The translations under genes were made by a program, and so were the position numbers. Below, in pieces: positions 61,733 through 64,000 of a DNA stretch of 64,000 nucleotides (the stretch's first letter is position 1; every line of letters begins with the position of its first letter). Origin of the DNA: Flavobacteriales bacterium (GTDB lineage: Bacteria; Bacteroidota; Bacteroidia; Flavobacteriales; Flavobacteriaceae); the NCBI GenBank assembly GCA_038233835.1, contig JBBSVD010000002.1, forward strand, positions 1,663 through 65,662. The letters are read 5' to 3'. The notes beneath the pieces were generated by a model. That model saw only the letters and a program-made list of their open reading frames with translations. It did not search any database and was not told the origin of the DNA.

Positions 61733-62842
61733 ATGAGTTTTACTGCAATTGGTGTTTCCAAAGATATAGACAAAGGTTTAAAGGAATTAGGGATAATTAC
61801 ACCTACAAAGATCCAAACGGCTGCAATACCTGTTTTATCTGTAGAGAATATAGATTTTGTAGGTCAGGCACAAACGGGAACCGGAAAAACAGCAGCTTTT
61901 GGTTTGCCTTTATTGGCAAGAGTAGATATAAGTAAGGATTATATTCAGGCACTTGTTTTGGCTCCAACAAGAGAATTAGGACAACAAATTGCAAAACAAC
62001 TATTTAAATTCACAAAATACTCTGAACAGGTATTTACTGAAGCTGTTTATGGTGGAGAAAAGATAGATATTCAGATTAACAGATTGAAAAGACCAACACA
62101 TATTGTTGTTGCAACTCCTGGTAGATTAATAGATCTTATAAATAAAAAAGCTTTAGATATTTCTAAAATTAGCACTTTGGTTCTGGATGAAGCAGATGAA
62201 ATGCTAAGCATGGGATTTAAAGATGATCTTACAAAGATCCTAAGTAACACAAAAGGCGATCGAAATGTGTGGTTATTTTCTGCTACTATTCCTAAAGAGC
62301 TAAATGAAATTATAGAGAACTATGTTTCCAAAGATGCATTGAGGATTTCTATAGATAAAAATGATTCTGTAAACACTGGAATCGTACATCAATATGTTTC
62401 CGGGGACGACAATAATAAATTAGATACTTTGGCTGCCTTTCTTAAATCTCAAGGAAAACAAAGAGGAATCATCTTCACAAAAACAAAAGCAGCGGCAAAG
62501 ATACTCGCAAAGCAATTGCATGCTAAGAATTATGAAGTAGGCTTGCTTGAAGGCGATATGCATCAAAAAGATAGAGATAAGGTGATGCGAGCATTTAAAA
62601 ATAAAAGCCTACGTTTATTGGTGTCTACAGATGTTGCTGCCAGAGGTATAGATGTAGATAACTTGGCTTTTGTAGTTCATTATCAATTGCCAGATCAAAC
62701 TGAATATTATACCCATAGAAGTGGAAGAACCGCTCGTGCTGGTAATACAGGATTATCACTAGTTCTAGTAAATCCTAAAGAGGCTAGAAGAATATTTGAA
62801 CTGGAAAAAGAACTTGGTATAAAATTCACTAAAATAAAATAA
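61733..62842 (+). CDS. DEAD-box RNA helicase (core only)
   Basis: Q motif, AQTGTGKT, PTREL, TPGRL, DEAD, SAT, ARGID and HRSGRTAR. Confidence 0.95.
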   Translation: MSFTAIGVSKDIDKGLKELGIITPTKIQTAAIPVLSVENIDFVGQAQTGTGKTAAFGLPLLARVDISKDYIQALVLAPTRELGQQIAKQLFKFTKYSEQVFTEAVYGGEKIDIQINRLKRPTHIVVATPGRLIDLINKKALDISKISTLVLDEADEMLSMGFKDDLTKILSNTKGDRNVWLFSATIPKELNEIIENYVSKDALRISIDKNDSVNTGIVHQYVSGDDNNKLDTLAAFLKSQGKQRGIIFTKTKAAAKILAKQLHAKNYEVGLLEGDMHQKDRDKVMRAFKNKSLRLLVSTDVAARGIDVDNLAFVVHYQLPDQTEYYTHRSGRTARAGNTGLSLVLVNPKEARRIFELEKELGIKFTKIK

Positions 62843-62847
62843 GATGA

Positions 62848-63630
62848 TCAATTAAATCGTCTATATTTTGCCAGCATAAATGTATAAATAGCGTAAGCTA
62901 TAAAGCCAGCAGCAACAATACCCATCAACCATGAGCCATAGGAGGAATCCTCTAAAAAAGAGAATACATCTGAAGTGGTTTTTAACTTATTTGGATCTGA
63001 AGTGAAAGCTGCTTTAATAGCAAAGAATCCTAATATTAAAAAGACAACTCCTCTAGAAGCAAGACCGAAGTAAGCTGAATTATATATCGTTCTTTTCCGC
63101 TTTTTCTCACTTAAGGCTTTAGCACTGAATTTTTTTTCAAATTTATCTTTATTGATCCTTGTAAATTGATAGATCCCAATGCCAACCAAGACCACTCCAG
63201 CAATACCTAACACAACCAATCCTATATCAGTTGCTAGAAAACTGCTGTTCTTTCCTGAAGATCCAGATGAACTATTTGCTGAACCTACTGCATCCAGAAA
63301 TGCTATTACTCCAAATCCTAGATACAATAGGCCACTTATGAAATAGCCTATTCGCTTTGCTTTAGCTTTTTTATCATCTCCTATATTTTCAGGATCTTTT
63401 ATGGCTTGAGTCATTCTCCAAAATGCATAGCAAATTAAGCCAAGAGCTATTATAATTAATAGGATCTTCCCAAATGTTTGTTTTTCCAGAAAATCCAGAA
63501 CTTGCATTTTTCCTGCTTTTTGACCGCCCATGTTAAAGGCTGCTAGAAATGTTAATATTCCAATAATGGCATATATAATTCCTTTTGCAACAAGCCCGGT
63601 TCGAGCGATGTTTTTTAGCTTTTTATTCAT
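62848..63630 (-). CDS. DUF1206 membrane protein
   Basis: ARTGLVAKGIIYAIIG, GLICYAFWR and GLASRGVVF repeats. Confidence 0.85.
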   Translation of the reverse strand: MNKKLKNIARTGLVAKGIIYAIIGILTFLAAFNMGGQKAGKMQVLDFLEKQTFGKILLIIIALGLICYAFWRMTQAIKDPENIGDDKKAKAKRIGYFISGLLYLGFGVIAFLDAVGSANSSSGSSGKNSSFLATDIGLVVLGIAGVVLVGIGIYQFTRINKDKFEKKFSAKALSEKKRKRTIYNSAYFGLASRGVVFLILGFFAIKAAFTSDPNKLKTTSDVFSFLEDSSYGSWLMGIVAAGFIAYAIYTFMLAKYRRFN

Positions 63631-63790
63631 GATTTTTTTTAGTTGGTACCTAAATATATCAGAAAACTAAGAAACTTTAAATGGCTTTATAATTAAATTA
63701 TGATTTTTAAAGAAGGAGGTGAAGGTTATCAATCTTTATGGATGAAACTTCAACTAATTGAAATGGCAGGGAGTGGATCAAATTGAAATA

Positions 63791-64000
63791 TTAAAAACTC
63801 CGATATTTAGCAGAAAGAAACATATAAACCGCATAGCAAATAAATCCTAGAGCCACCATTCCTAGTTGAAAAGATCCCCAAAAGGAAGTCTCAATAAATG
63901 AGAAAACATCTGAAGTATTTTTAATTTCATTTAGATCTGCTGTGATAGCAGCTTTTAATGCAAAATAGCCAATGAGTAGAAATATTACCGCCCTTGCCGT
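63791..64000 (-). CDS. 3' end of a second DUF1206 paralog (partial, not in the ORF track)
   Basis: Hand translation TARAVIFLLIGYFALKAAITADLNEIKNTSDVFSFIETSFWGSFQLGMVALGFICYAVYMFLSAKYRSF*, colinear with the C-terminus of 62848..63630. Confidence 0.85.
   Translation of the reverse strand, partial: TARAVIFLLIGYFALKAAITADLNEIKNTSDVFSFIETSFWGSFQLGMVALGFICYAVYMFLSAKYRSF

Overview
AT-rich chromosomal window from a Flavobacteriaceae (Bacteroidota) genome, judged by TAnnTTTG -7 promoter boxes, a T9SS C-terminal domain protein, TonB receptors and Flavobacteria-type gene order. It is mostly housekeeping: msrA, folE, serC/serA, ychF, parE/parC, mscL, aroB, gcvT, nnr, hutH, clpC, gyrA, thiolase, galE and a DEAD-box helicase, plus stress and membrane genes. 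I saw no rRNA, tRNA, IS element, prophage or CRISPR array. The best leads are: (1) a SatD-family protein (nucleotidyl-cyclase-like motifs plus HTH) paired with a DUF3307 membrane protein, preceded by three palindromes at exact 29-bp spacing; (2) a His/CxxC/RGPP small ORF directly upstream of a probable metal TonB receptor, a candidate ribosome-arrest metal sensor; (3) a T9SS-secreted micro-cargo made almost only of HEPG heptad repeats; (4) six TTTACAnnTGTAAA palindromes between an XRE regulator and an M14 peptidase. Two genes (pfpI-like and a PlsC-type acyltransferase) have single-base frameshifts. Three CDSs missing from the ORF track were found by hand: Pmp3/YqaE and partial genes at both window ends. 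All family assignments come from motif recognition, not database searches.
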